Positions 1-10,051 are shown, counted from the first letter of the stretch. The stretch: 64,000 nucleotides of DNA from Marinilabiliaceae bacterium (GCA_050290065.1 JBNKGY010000001.1:16103-80102); one strand, 5' to 3'. Numbers and translations are program-made. Notes: generated by a model from the sequence alone, not told the origin.

Positions 1-108
1 TATGATGAATTATTCTCTTGTTCTTTATATTATATAGATGTTATTTGCCATGTAAAGATATAAATGCTTGAAGGTTCATTATTTTTCTTTCTATCTTTGA
101 AAAAAAAA

Positions 109-546
109 ATGAATAAAAGAATTGTAGGTTTAGCTGCTGATCATGCAGGGTTTACTCTTAAAGAATTATTAAAGACATATCTTGAAAAGCAAGGGTTAAG
201 CGTTCAGGATTTTGGAACAAACTCAGAAGAAAGTACTGATTATGCAGATTATGCACATCCGTTAGCAACAGCTGTAGAAGAAGGAAAAGTTGATTTTGGA
301 ATTTCAGTGTGTGGTAGTGGAAATGGGATTAATATGACTGCTAATAAACATCAAGGAATTAGAGCTGCTTTATGTTGGACAAAAGAAATTTCAGAATTAG
401 CAAGATCACATAATAATGCAAATATATGTTCGTTACCTGCCAGGTTCATTACTGCTGAAGTGGCATATGATATAGTATCTGCTTTTATGAATACAACTTT
501 TGAGGGTGGTAGACATCAAAATCGAATTGATAAAATTCCTTGTTAA
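109..546 (+). CDS. rpiB: Ribose-5-phosphate isomerase B
   Basis: Motifs ADHAGF, DYADYA, SVCGSGNGINMTANK, ARSHNNANI and FEGGRH are typical of RpiB/LacAB. ATG at 109 preferred over the ORF-track start at 64. Confidence 0.93.
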   Translation: MNKRIVGLAADHAGFTLKELLKTYLEKQGLSVQDFGTNSEESTDYADYAHPLATAVEEGKVDFGISVCGSGNGINMTANKHQGIRAALCWTKEISELARSHNNANICSLPARFITAEVAYDIVSAFMNTTFEGGRHQNRIDKIPC

Positions 547-549
547 TAT

Positions 550-1938
550 TTGAATATTGTGAGTCAAGCTTCTAAAAAATTTTTACATAAATCTGAAGAT
601 ATTGCGTTTGATTTAGATCATCGTAATAAAATTAAATTTAATATATCAAGATATGATTCAGCTGTTCAAAAGGGTGAAAAAAGATATCAGGATATTGAAT
701 TAGCCAGATTACGTGCTGCTAAAAAGAAACGTAATATTATTGCCAATCTATATGATTATGCTATAGAATTTGAAAATAATGCTAAGGCAAATGGTATTGA
801 GGTTTTATGGGCACAAAACGACAAAGAAGCCATAGACTATATTATTAATATACTGCAGGAGAATAATACAAAAATGGTTGTTAAAAGTAAATCAATGACA
901 ACCGAAGAAATAGAATTTAACCATGCAGTAGAAACTGTTGGGATAAAATCTGTTGAAACTGATTTAGGTGAATATATTGTTCAGGTTGCAGGAGAAAAGC
1001 CATATCATATTGTTACTCCTGCTATGCATAAATCAAAGGAAGATATTGCTAAATTATTTCATGAAAAATTTAACACTCCGGAAAATAGTTCACCTGAGTT
1101 TTTGACAAATTTTGTTCGCGAAAATCTACGTGAAAATTTTCAGGATGCTGAAGTTGGTGTTACAGGAGCTAATTTTTTAATTGCAGACAAAGGTGCCATT
1201 GCTGTTACAGAAAATGAAGGTAATGCCATTATGTCTGCTTCTTTTCCTAGAGTTCATATTGCTATAGCCGGTATTGAAAAATTAATTCCATCTTTTAAAG
1301 ATCTTGGATTATTTTGGCCTTTACTGTCAGCTCATGGTACAGGTCAGCAAATGACAGTTTATAATTCAGTTTATTTAGGACCCAAAAAGAATAACGAAGT
1401 TGACGGACCTGAAAAAATGTTTATTATCCTACTTGATAATGGTAGAACGAATTTATTAGCTCAACCTATTCAATCAGAGTCATTAACATGTATTCGTTGT
1501 GGAGCTTGTTTAAATGCTTGTCCCATATATAAAAATGTAGGAGGATATACCTACGATTCTACTTATAGCGGTCCAATTGGTAGTGTTATTACACCCCATT
1601 TTAAAAAGTTCGGAGAATACAAACATTTAAGTTTTGCATGTTCCTTATGTGGAAGATGTGAAGAGGTGTGTCCTGTAAAAATTCCACTACCTAAATTACT
1701 TTTATACAATCGGCGTGATTCCGTGGATCTAGGTTTCCCAGGGAAAATTGAAAAATTTTCTACTGAAATTTCATCATTTGTATTGTCCTCAAGATATAAT
1801 TTAGATTTTATTCCAGGTGCAGTTAAAAATTTTGGAAAAGGGATCACTGAGCATTTTATTGTAGGTAGTAAGCGAAAATTATCCGATATTCCGAATAATT
1901 CATTTAGTAAACAGTGGAAAAAGAAAAGAAAAATGTAA
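550..1938 (+). CDS. lutB: LutB/LldF-family lactate utilization Fe-S protein (LUD domain plus 2x[4Fe-4S])
   Basis: KSKSMTTEEI, ETDLGEYIVQ, PYHIVTPAMH; ferredoxin motifs CIRCGACLNACP and CSLCGRCEEVCP. Non-ATG start. Confidence 0.88.
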   Translation: MNIVSQASKKFLHKSEDIAFDLDHRNKIKFNISRYDSAVQKGEKRYQDIELARLRAAKKKRNIIANLYDYAIEFENNAKANGIEVLWAQNDKEAIDYIINILQENNTKMVVKSKSMTTEEIEFNHAVETVGIKSVETDLGEYIVQVAGEKPYHIVTPAMHKSKEDIAKLFHEKFNTPENSSPEFLTNFVRENLRENFQDAEVGVTGANFLIADKGAIAVTENEGNAIMSASFPRVHIAIAGIEKLIPSFKDLGLFWPLLSAHGTGQQMTVYNSVYLGPKKNNEVDGPEKMFIILLDNGRTNLLAQPIQSESLTCIRCGACLNACPIYKNVGGYTYDSTYSGPIGSVITPHFKKFGEYKHLSFACSLCGRCEEVCPVKIPLPKLLLYNRRDSVDLGFPGKIEKFSTEISSFVLSSRYNLDFIPGAVKNFGKGITEHFIVGSKRKLSDIPNNSFSKQWKKKRKM

Positions 1939-2024
1939 TCATGTTAGGTATTAATTATTATATTAATGTCTGATTTTTAACTTTATACATTATTGTGTAT
2001 TTTAGCATCCATAAATCTTAAATT

Positions 2025-2468
2025 ATGCTATCTAATACTTGTAAGTACGCTGTAAGGTCAGTTATTTATCTGGCTTTAAATGAAGAAGAAGGAAAAAAAA
2101 TTGGAATAAAAAAGATTTCTGAGAACCTAAATATTCCTACTCCTTTTTTGGGGAAAATTCTTCAAACTTTAGCTAAACAAAAGCTATTATTGTCTACAAA
2201 AGGACCTCATGGTGGTTTTTCTTTAGCCGTTGAACCAAGTAAAATCAATTTGATAGATATTGTCAAAATTATAGATGGAATGGATGCTTTTGAAATGTGC
2301 TTAATAGGTATGAATACCTGTAAATCAGCACATGAAAACGAAAGGCCATGTCCGGTTCATGAAAAATTTTGTGATTTAAGAAAAGAGATGCTCAATATGT
2401 ATCAAACTGAGACTATTGGTGATATCATTGAAAGAATTGAGAAAAAAGAGGATTATTATCTTTTATAG
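2025..2468 (+). CDS. Rrf2-family transcriptional regulator
   Basis: wHTH with IPTPFLGKILQTL and STKGPHGGFSLA; C-terminal C-x5-C-x9-CPVH is a possible Fe-S ligand set. Confidence 0.9.
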   Translation: MLSNTCKYAVRSVIYLALNEEEGKKIGIKKISENLNIPTPFLGKILQTLAKQKLLLSTKGPHGGFSLAVEPSKINLIDIVKIIDGMDAFEMCLIGMNTCKSAHENERPCPVHEKFCDLRKEMLNMYQTETIGDIIERIEKKEDYYLL

Positions 2469-2863
2469 TTATTTTTAAATAACATGATTTTATAAATGAT
2501 AGGATAATCTTTTACAAAAGCAAATAATATACTTCCACTAATTACACCTAGTGTGTTAAATATAGCATCATATACATTTCCGGTTCTGTAATTGGTAATT
2601 AAATACTGTAAATACTCTATAAATATGCCAAAGGTAATGGTATTTGTTATTATCCAAATTTTTCTAATGAAGTTCTTATAGATGTAGTTTTCAATAAAAA
2701 AGACGAAGCTTAATGAAAAATACATGATAAAATGTACAAACTTATCAAAATGACGATATAAATGAATTTCATTGGGTAGCATTTTATTTACATTCATCAA
2801 ACTTAAAAAAAGTATGATAAAAATTAATAAAATGGTTCGCCAGTATGATTTTAAAATATTCAT
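2456..2863 (-). CDS. VanZ-family membrane protein
   Basis: DKFVHFIMYFSL, IEYLQYLI..RTGNVYDAIFNTLG. Confidence 0.8.
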   Translation of the reverse strand: MNILKSYWRTILLIFIILFLSLMNVNKMLPNEIHLYRHFDKFVHFIMYFSLSFVFFIENYIYKNFIRKIWIITNTITFGIFIEYLQYLITNYRTGNVYDAIFNTLGVISGSILFAFVKDYPIIYKIMLFKNNYKR

Positions 2864-2957
2864 ATTAAATTAGTTATAACTTGTATTATTTGTTTGTATG
2901 ATAATTAAATGCGATAAATAACCTTAGCAAAAATACCATTTTTTATTTCAAAACAAA

Positions 2958-2973
2958 TGTTTCACGTGAAACG
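2958..2973. other. parS centromere-like site (ParB binding)
   Basis: TGTTTCACGTGAAACG matches the parS consensus TGTTTCACGTGAAACA at 15/16 positions, has a perfect 14-bp palindromic core, and is intergenic. Confidence 0.8.
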
Positions 2974-3006
2974 TTCAAGTTAAATAATAATTAACAATTA
3001 TAATTG

Positions 3007-4134
3007 ATGGCAGGGATTTATATACATATACCATTTTGTTCACAAAAATGCGGATATTGCGATTTTTATAGTATCACCAGATTATCGAATAAGGATGAAT
3101 TTATTAATGCTTTAATTAGTGAAATTAGTATTAGATCTGGTGAATTGAATAATACGGAAATAAAAACGTTGTATTTTGGCGGAGGTACACCTAGTTTATT
3201 AAGCATTTCAGATTTTAGTAAGATTTTTGAAAAATTACATGAAATAATTGATTTTGAAAAGCTAAAGGAGATTACGGTAGAAGCAAATCCTGATGATATG
3301 AATTTCGAATATTTATCAGGGTTGAAGAAATTAGGCGTTAATAGATTAAGCGTAGGTATACAAAGTTTTGAGAATAGAATTTTGGCCTTTATGAATAGAC
3401 GTCATGATGCAAAACAAGCTCAAAATGCTATTCAAATTGCCCAAAATGTAGGATTTGGTAATATAAGTGTTGATTTAATTTATGGCATTCCTAAAATGGA
3501 TTTAGATACCTGGAGTAAATCAGTACAAACAGCACTTCAAATGAATGTTCAACATATTTCAGCATATCATTTAACTTTTGAGCCTGACACTCCATTTTAC
3601 AAAAGATTAAAAAGAGGTGAAATAGTTGAAATTGATGACAAAGATAGTCTGGATCAATATTTTGTCTTAGTAAATCAATTAACAGCAAACGGATACATTG
3701 ATTATGAGATTTCTAATTTTTGTCTCAGAGGTTATGAATCTATGCATAATTCAAATTATTGGAATGGTAAAAGTTATTTTGGCCTTGGTCCTTCTGCACA
3801 TTCATTTCATAACTCAATCAGAAAATGGAATGTATCAAATTTGAATGATTATTTGAGTAAGATTAGTACTCACGATATTTATTACGAATCTGAAACTTTG
3901 AGTGAAAAAGATAGGTATAATGAATCAATTATGCTAGGATTGAGAACAAAAAAAGGTGTTAGTGTCAATAATCTGATATCAAATTTTACATCGGAATTGA
4001 GTAATTATTTTACACAGGTAATGGAAAAAAATATAAGTATTGGTAATTTGACCTTAAGTAATAATTATCTACAAGTTACTAATAATAAGAAGTTTTTAAC
4101 CGATAAAATAATATCCGATTTTTTTGTTGTATAG
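3007..4134 (+). CDS. hemW: Radical SAM heme chaperone HemW (HemN-like)
   Basis: YIHIPFCSQKCGYCDF (CxxxCxxC), YFGGGTPS, HNSNYW, GLGPSAHS. Confidence 0.9.
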   Translation: MAGIYIHIPFCSQKCGYCDFYSITRLSNKDEFINALISEISIRSGELNNTEIKTLYFGGGTPSLLSISDFSKIFEKLHEIIDFEKLKEITVEANPDDMNFEYLSGLKKLGVNRLSVGIQSFENRILAFMNRRHDAKQAQNAIQIAQNVGFGNISVDLIYGIPKMDLDTWSKSVQTALQMNVQHISAYHLTFEPDTPFYKRLKRGEIVEIDDKDSLDQYFVLVNQLTANGYIDYEISNFCLRGYESMHNSNYWNGKSYFGLGPSAHSFHNSIRKWNVSNLNDYLSKISTHDIYYESETLSEKDRYNESIMLGLRTKKGVSVNNLISNFTSELSNYFTQVMEKNISIGNLTLSNNYLQVTNNKKFLTDKIISDFFVV

Positions 4135-4192
4135 TTATATCTTCATGCTTAAAGCATCATTATTCAAAACAGCACCAATAAATAATTAATAA

Positions 4193-4615
4193 ATGTTTAT
4201 ATATTTTTCAATGCATGTAAGATTATTTTTATTTGTGAGTTTATTATTTCTCCCATGTTTTAAATGTTATTCTCAAAGTAAGAGTCAGTATATTATTGAA
4301 CCAAGTGAATTTAATTCAAAATTAAATAGTGTTGAATTAGCCCACTTATTTGATATTAGAGTTGAAAAACAATTTAAACAAAAGAGAATTAAAAGTTCTG
4401 TTTTAGCCGATACTAAAGAAAAATTTCAAATCTATTTGCAAGGGTTAGATAAAAATGATACGATATTTGTTTATTGCGAAATTGGAAAACGAACTATCCA
4501 ATGTGCTAAATGGTTAAATTCAATTGGATATACGAATGTATATTTATTAAAAGGAGGAATAACTAATTGGGAAAAGCAAGGTTTCCCTATTGATAAGTCT
4601 AAAATTGACAAGTAA
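4193..4615 (+). CDS. Rhodanese-like domain protein with N-terminal signal/TM segment
   Basis: DIR..F...I, VYCEIGKRT active-site loop, NVYLLKGGITNW. Confidence 0.8.
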   Translation: MFIYFSMHVRLFLFVSLLFLPCFKCYSQSKSQYIIEPSEFNSKLNSVELAHLFDIRVEKQFKQKRIKSSVLADTKEKFQIYLQGLDKNDTIFVYCEIGKRTIQCAKWLNSIGYTNVYLLKGGITNWEKQGFPIDKSKIDK

Positions 4616-4628
4616 AATTGATTATAGC

Positions 4629-5489
4629 ATGCAAAATAAATTTAAGATTGGCTTAATTGTATCCTGGATTTCTATTATTTTAAATATTGCTCTGTTTATA
4701 ATTAAGTTTTGGGTAGGAGTTTTATTTCATTCTGTTGCTTTAATCGCTGATGCCTGGCATACCTTAACTGACTCAATCTCTTCATTAGCTGTTTTAATTG
4801 GACTTAAGGTTTCATCAAAACCAGCTGATGAAGAACATCCTTTTGGTCATGGTCGTGCCGAATTAATAGCTACTATTTTTGTTGGCATTTTACTGGCATT
4901 AGTGGGAGCTAATTTTACTTACGAGTCTATATTAAAATTAAAATTACATGAATCAGTTCAATATGGATCTTCAGCCATTGTAGTAACTGTTATTTCTATT
5001 ATTGTTAAGGAAATTATGGCCAGGTATTCTATTTATTATGGCAAAATAACTAAATCAAAATCTTTAGACGCTGATGGTTGGCATCATAGAAGTGATGCCT
5101 TTTCTAGTGTTATAATCCTAATAGGTATTTTTGTTGGAGAATATTTTTGGTGGGTTGATGGGGTTCTTGGTTTAATTGTTTCATTATTAATATTTTATAC
5201 TACATATTCTATTTTAAAAGAATCACTTTCTATCTTTTTAGGTGAAAAAATTAATGATGAATTAAGACAAAGTATTCATGATATTAGCTATGACATATTT
5301 AATAAGGATCTGGATCCACATCATTTCTTGATTCATCACTATGGCCATCATTCTGAATTGACTTTTCATATTACCTTACCAGGGATGATGAGTTTGACTG
5401 AAGCTCATAGTATGGCCACAAAATATGAACGGGCTGTAAGAGACATTCATAATATTAATGTGACAATTCATATAGATTCAAATGATTAA
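4629..5489 (+). CDS. Cation diffusion facilitator (FieF-like) metal transporter
   Basis: ALIADAWHTLTD, PADEEHPFGHGRAE, ADGWHHRSD, C-terminal dimerisation domain. Confidence 0.9.
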   Translation: MQNKFKIGLIVSWISIILNIALFIIKFWVGVLFHSVALIADAWHTLTDSISSLAVLIGLKVSSKPADEEHPFGHGRAELIATIFVGILLALVGANFTYESILKLKLHESVQYGSSAIVVTVISIIVKEIMARYSIYYGKITKSKSLDADGWHHRSDAFSSVIILIGIFVGEYFWWVDGVLGLIVSLLIFYTTYSILKESLSIFLGEKINDELRQSIHDISYDIFNKDLDPHHFLIHHYGHHSELTFHITLPGMMSLTEAHSMATKYERAVRDIHNINVTIHIDSND

Positions 5490-5686
5490 ATATGTATCCT
5501 TAAACTTAAATTTGAATAATTTATCTTTATATTAAATAGATTATTAACATTATTTTAAGCTATAATTGTCAATTAAAATAGTTATCACGTGTAAAATAAA
5601 TGATGTTTATTGCTTTTAGGTCATATATTATACTTAAAAATCTGAATTCTATAATTTATAGAACTTAGGTAAAAATATATATTTTG

Positions 5687-6487
5687 ATGAAGCGTATAAT
5701 AATTTATTTGGTATTATTTATTTTTTTAATGGCTTGTAATAATAACAGTAATAAATTATCTATCGCTGTTTTAGGAGGAATAAGTAATAATAGTAATGAA
5801 ATACTCTCTTCCAACATAGATTCATTTGAATCTGTAATTGAGATTTTTAGTCCACATGTTATAAGTTTTCAATCTACTCAATTATCAAATAATAGCAAAA
5901 ACTATTTTATAAAAAATGGATATAATGTTAGAGAATTAGCGGATAGTATAAATGAATTATCTATAATCACTTTCTCCTCCCTAATATATAAATCAAATTC
6001 GTTTAGTTTATTAACATCTTCTGTATATACTCTTCAAAATGATTCTTTAGAAATTGGAAAAAATTTTATTGATTGGGTCAAATTTAAGGATCTTAATTCT
6101 GGATATATTTTTTATATCTTTAAATTAAAGGTACAATCAGAATTAGATAGTTATCGAGCTCACTTAATTAGCATTGAAACGTTAAATCACATAAATAAGC
6201 TTACAGGAGGTTCCCCGGTTATATTAATTGGTGATTTAAATAATAATTCTGAAGTGAAAGATTATCTTACCAGGGAATGGAAAGGGGTTTATACGCTCAA
6301 TAATGTATGTAATTCAAAGCACTCAAAAATTAATTTTTTCTTGAATGAATATTTTAAGTTAGAACAATATAATATCAGGGAAATATATACCTACGAAGTA
6401 AGTAATATTAGTATTAGTTTTACAAAAAATGCTGGGAAGGTTTCACGCAATAAAATTGGAGATACTTTACCTGATTTTAATAATTAA
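5687..6487 (+). CDS. Putative lipoprotein with a degenerate endonuclease/exonuclease/phosphatase (EEP)-like fold
   Basis: Lipobox-like FLMAC; PVILIGDLN resembles the EEP GDxN motif; other EEP motifs not seen. Confidence 0.5.
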   Translation: MKRIIIYLVLFIFLMACNNNSNKLSIAVLGGISNNSNEILSSNIDSFESVIEIFSPHVISFQSTQLSNNSKNYFIKNGYNVRELADSINELSIITFSSLIYKSNSFSLLTSSVYTLQNDSLEIGKNFIDWVKFKDLNSGYIFYIFKLKVQSELDSYRAHLISIETLNHINKLTGGSPVILIGDLNNNSEVKDYLTREWKGVYTLNNVCNSKHSKINFFLNEYFKLEQYNIREIYTYEVSNISISFTKNAGKVSRNKIGDTLPDFNN

Positions 6488-6501
6488 GTTGTTTCATTAG
6501 T

Positions 6502-7296
6502 CTATATATTCATTTTTATAAGGTATCCGCGATGTTTTCTGATGTTTAATACCTCATTGGAATCAAATATTAAATACTGGCCTTTTATGCCTTTTAAAGT
6601 ACCTTTAATTTCATTTATTTTTTCAAAGGTTAAACTTTTAACTTTTTCAGGATACTGAAGAACCGGAAAATTAATATTTGTGATTTCACTATCAGAGATA
6701 AAGTACTGTTTAAGTTCAGTAGGAATGAGATGTATTATTTTATTTTTTTCTTCTGCTAAATCAGATTTTTGAGTTATTCCTTTTAGCATTGATTGCCAAC
6801 TAGTTTTATCACTATAATATTGCATTAAATATTTTTCAATAATTCCAGCAATATGTCTGTTTGGTGCTTGTGCAATAATAATAGCACTAGAGGCGCCTTG
6901 ATCAATCCATCTGGTAGGAATTTGTGTTTTTCTGGTTATACCAACTTTTATTTTTGATGAATTTGCTAAATATACCACATGAGGTGTCAAGCAATGATTT
7001 TTAGACCATTCCATGTCTCTTGAAATACCCAAATGAGCCTGGCATTTATCGGGTTGCAGGATGCATTCACTGGATTCTGGAGCATTTAAGAAGCATTGGT
7101 AGCAAAAACCCTGATTAAAAGATTTATTTGTTTTTTTTCCACAGCAAACACAATTTATTTGATTCAGGAATTCTAGTTCTATTGTTTTACCAATTAAATC
7201 ATTTAGCATGATTAAATCATCGCCAATTGGTAAATGATAAATAACTTCCTTGTCTAAAGAAGTCTTCATTTTTTCTATATTTCCTGAAATTGTCAT
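6502..7296 (-). CDS. DUF2797-family protein (Zn-finger containing)
   Basis: CVCCG..T.KSFNQGFCYQC, C.L.PDKC.AHLG.SRD.EW, HVVYLANSS..KVGITR..Q.PTRWIDQGA. Confidence 0.8.
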   Translation of the reverse strand: MTISGNIEKMKTSLDKEVIYHLPIGDDLIMLNDLIGKTIELEFLNQINCVCCGKKTNKSFNQGFCYQCFLNAPESSECILQPDKCQAHLGISRDMEWSKNHCLTPHVVYLANSSKIKVGITRKTQIPTRWIDQGASSAIIIAQAPNRHIAGIIEKYLMQYYSDKTSWQSMLKGITQKSDLAEEKNKIIHLIPTELKQYFISDSEITNINFPVLQYPEKVKSLTFEKINEIKGTLKGIKGQYLIFDSNEVLNIRKHRGYLIKMNI

Positions 7297-7317
7297 ATTA
7301 CTGCTCTGTTTGTTCTT

Positions 7318-8574
7318 TTATTGATCCAATGAAGGATGTGAATTCACTAATTTGTATAACTTATCAGATCGTCTGATTTTATCTGATACGGGCATTGAAA
7401 ACCTCTCTCCTTTTACTGTTTCTTCAACAGGTTTTAAATCTACCCGTAATTCTGGAACTGTTAGTTTTATGACCCCGGTTGTTGGACCTGTAATTAATAT
7501 TTCATCGCCAACTTTCAGACTTTTGGTTTCCATGAGAAATTCAGCTACACCTATTTTCGGAAAATAATTGGTTCCTTTTCCAATATATATTTTGCGTTTT
7601 GTAGCTCTATTTCCATAGTTATTACTCCATTCTCCTAATTTCTGTCCCAAATAATATCCATCCCAGAATCCTCTATTAAAAACTGTACTTAATTCCTGAT
7701 CCCATTCTGCAATTTTTTCTTCGTTATAAGTGCTTGTTATAATTGAATCCAAGGCTTCATTATAAGCTTTAACAACTGTATTTACATATTCAGGTCCCCT
7801 TGCTCTACCCTCGATTTTAAATACACGTACACCTGCATCAACCATTTTATTTAAGAAATGAATAGTTTTCAAATCTTTTGGAGACATAATGTATTCGTTG
7901 TCGATTTCTAATTCTTGTCCGGTTTCTTTATCTGTAACAATATAGCTTCTTCTGCAGGCTTGCAGGCAGGCTCCCCTATTTGCGGATGAATGCGTGTTAT
8001 GCAAACTTAAATAACACTTACCGGAAACCGCCATACATAATGCTCCATGACTGAACATTTCAATTTGTATAAGTTTGCCACCTGGTCCTTTTATTTGCTC
8101 AACTTCTATTTGCCTGTATATTTGGGCAACCTGATCTAAATCCAATTCACGTGCTAATACAACTACATCTGCAAATTTGGAGTAAAATTTTAAAGCCTCA
8201 ATATTTGATATGTTTAGTTGTGTACTTAAATGTACTTCAACATCTATTTCGCGTGCAAAAGAAATAGCAGCAACATCAGAAGCAATAATTGCAGAAATAT
8301 TAGCCTCTTTGGCTGATAAAATAATCTTCTTCATCAGGTTTAAATCCTGATTATATAAGACAGTATTAACCGTTAAATAGGTTTTAACGTTATTTTTATT
8401 GGCAATTTTTACAATTTCATGAAGATCATCTGTAGTAAAATTATTAGATGATCTGGAACGCATATTCAAACCTTCAATTCCAAAATATACTGAATTTGCT
8501 CCCCCCTGTATGGCTGCACTTAATGATTCGTATGAACCTACCGGTGCCATTATTTCAAAGTCTTCTCTTTTCAT
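7318..8574 (-). CDS. U32-family Fe-S protein, likely TrhP-like tRNA hydroxylase
   Basis: HLSTQ.N, HGALCMAVSGKCYLS, ANRGACLQACRR, SPKDL, FKIEGRAR and a C-terminal beta domain. Confidence 0.85.
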   Translation of the reverse strand: MKREDFEIMAPVGSYESLSAAIQGGANSVYFGIEGLNMRSRSSNNFTTDDLHEIVKIANKNNVKTYLTVNTVLYNQDLNLMKKIILSAKEANISAIIASDVAAISFAREIDVEVHLSTQLNISNIEALKFYSKFADVVVLARELDLDQVAQIYRQIEVEQIKGPGGKLIQIEMFSHGALCMAVSGKCYLSLHNTHSSANRGACLQACRRSYIVTDKETGQELEIDNEYIMSPKDLKTIHFLNKMVDAGVRVFKIEGRARGPEYVNTVVKAYNEALDSIITSTYNEEKIAEWDQELSTVFNRGFWDGYYLGQKLGEWSNNYGNRATKRKIYIGKGTNYFPKIGVAEFLMETKSLKVGDEILITGPTTGVIKLTVPELRVDLKPVEETVKGERFSMPVSDKIRRSDKLYKLVNSHPSLDQ

Positions 8575-8600
8575 TTTATTTTAAATATACTTTTGGCCTG

Positions 8601-8608
8601 CAAAACTA
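8601..8608 (-). promoter_or_regulatory. Bacteroidota sigma-70 -7 element for the U32 gene
   Basis: Minus strand reads TAGTTTTG, matching TAnnTTTG, about 27 nt upstream of the ATG. Confidence 0.6.
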
Positions 8609-8775
8609 CATATTTTTAGTTTAACAAATTTGTAATAACTGTGTTTGAGTTAATAATTTTAACTTACCTGAAATGTAGGATTTTAAAGAATTAAAATCGT
8701 TTATGATAATGGAATTAACAATTTGTCATTTATTGATTAAGGTGAGAAATGCCTATAATCCAGGAAATGTTTTTA

Positions 8776-9807
8776 TTAAATTTTAGGTTTTTTACCAAAG
8801 GTTTTGATCATTTTTCTTCTACGTAAAAATGGTAATTTTCTTTCTTGTGGTACACCAAAATCATTAATGTATTTTTCTGCTGCTTCAAGCATTCGGGCTG
8901 AAGATTTTCCGTCGATATAAGGATGATAGTTTTGAATAAACCAACTTCTTTCCATTTTATGAGGATCTTCATTCATATTTTTTTGAACACAGGCTTCCAG
9001 ATTATTGGCTGTATTTAAATCATCCCATTTTATGTGTGCTGATGTGGAGTTTAGAGTAATAACAGGTTTATCTAATAATAAAAATTCATATACTACTGAT
9101 GATGTATCACTTATCATTATATCACATTGTTGTAAGAGTGGAATAATATCTGCTTTGTCAGAAACTTCTATATTTTTAAAAGTGTCAGCAACTTGCTTAT
9201 ATTCATCAACAACAGATTGTTCCATCTTATCATGAAATTTAATAATAACATGGTTGTTTTTATTATTTGATAATTTGATTATATCATCTTTATATTTTAT
9301 AGCAGAGGTTAAACTTGGTGAGAATGTTGGAGCATATAGAATTAAATTTTTATCCTTTAATTCTTTCGGTTTTGCATATTCATTAGTAAATAAAGTATCT
9401 AATTTACACCACCCTGTTTCTATGACAGTAAAATTTTTATACTTTTTTGAAAGATCTTTAAAACGTTGGGTAAAGTATGGCCCTTGAGTTAAGTACAAAT
9501 CAAAATAATGACGTATATAAAAATGTCCTGATTTTTCTCCCGCAAGGCCATGGAAAATTTGAATTTTTACTCCAGGTAGGTAGTGAGGAAAATCGTTTCC
9601 CGGCGCAAAATTAACGTCTGCATTAAACTCATAAACTTCTGGTATAGAACAACAATAATTACATTCCGAATTTGATATAGGAAACTTGTTTTTTAAATTT
9701 TCCGGAAAATACCATAATACATTGTGTCCTTGATTGATAGCTTCATTATATAAGGGAAGCATTATTCCAAATGAATAAGGTTTTTTGCAGAATAGAACTA
9801 TTTTCAT
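8776..9807 (-). CDS. CDP-glycerol/ribitol glycerophosphotransferase family (TagF/TagB-like)
   Basis: QIFHG, GWCKLD, LILYAPTF, IKFH, DIMISDTSSVVYEFLLLDKPVI. Confidence 0.85.
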   Translation of the reverse strand: MKIVLFCKKPYSFGIMLPLYNEAINQGHNVLWYFPENLKNKFPISNSECNYCCSIPEVYEFNADVNFAPGNDFPHYLPGVKIQIFHGLAGEKSGHFYIRHYFDLYLTQGPYFTQRFKDLSKKYKNFTVIETGWCKLDTLFTNEYAKPKELKDKNLILYAPTFSPSLTSAIKYKDDIIKLSNNKNNHVIIKFHDKMEQSVVDEYKQVADTFKNIEVSDKADIIPLLQQCDIMISDTSSVVYEFLLLDKPVITLNSTSAHIKWDDLNTANNLEACVQKNMNEDPHKMERSWFIQNYHPYIDGKSSARMLEAAEKYINDFGVPQERKLPFLRRRKMIKTFGKKPKI

Positions 9808-9859
9808 TTAAGTTGACTGTATTTATTAGCTGGCTAAAGTATAAAAAATATTTTTTGGA

Positions 9860-9867
9860 CAAAGGTA
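9860..9867 (-). promoter_or_regulatory. Bacteroidota -7 promoter element
   Basis: Minus strand TACCTTTG, upstream of the 8776-9807 gene. Confidence 0.55.
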
Positions 9868-10051
9868 TATTTAGGCTACCTTATTTTTAGATAATTAATT
9901 GGATAAAACTATGGATTGTATACTTAAAGTATACATTTTTAATATTACGTAGTGAAAAAAAATAATCGGTTACTAGTGATTTATTAATATAAATCTGTTG
10001 TTCTTTAAAAATACGATTTTAAATCGCATGTCTGATTCATATAAAATAATG

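Noticed and set aside
1-63. Open frame 1-63 as the tail of an upstream gene
   Set aside because: Only 20 codons with no recognisable motif; cannot be supported.
64-108. N-terminal extension of rpiB across a poly-A run, as possible phase variation
   Set aside because: The run lies upstream of the likely true ATG (109); A-rich leaders are normal in this phylum.
5581-5596. CACGTG-centred sequence resembling parS (also near 8146 and 15861, and half-sites near 50288 and 63808)
   Set aside because: Only the 6-bp core or one arm matches; the flanks are not palindromic.
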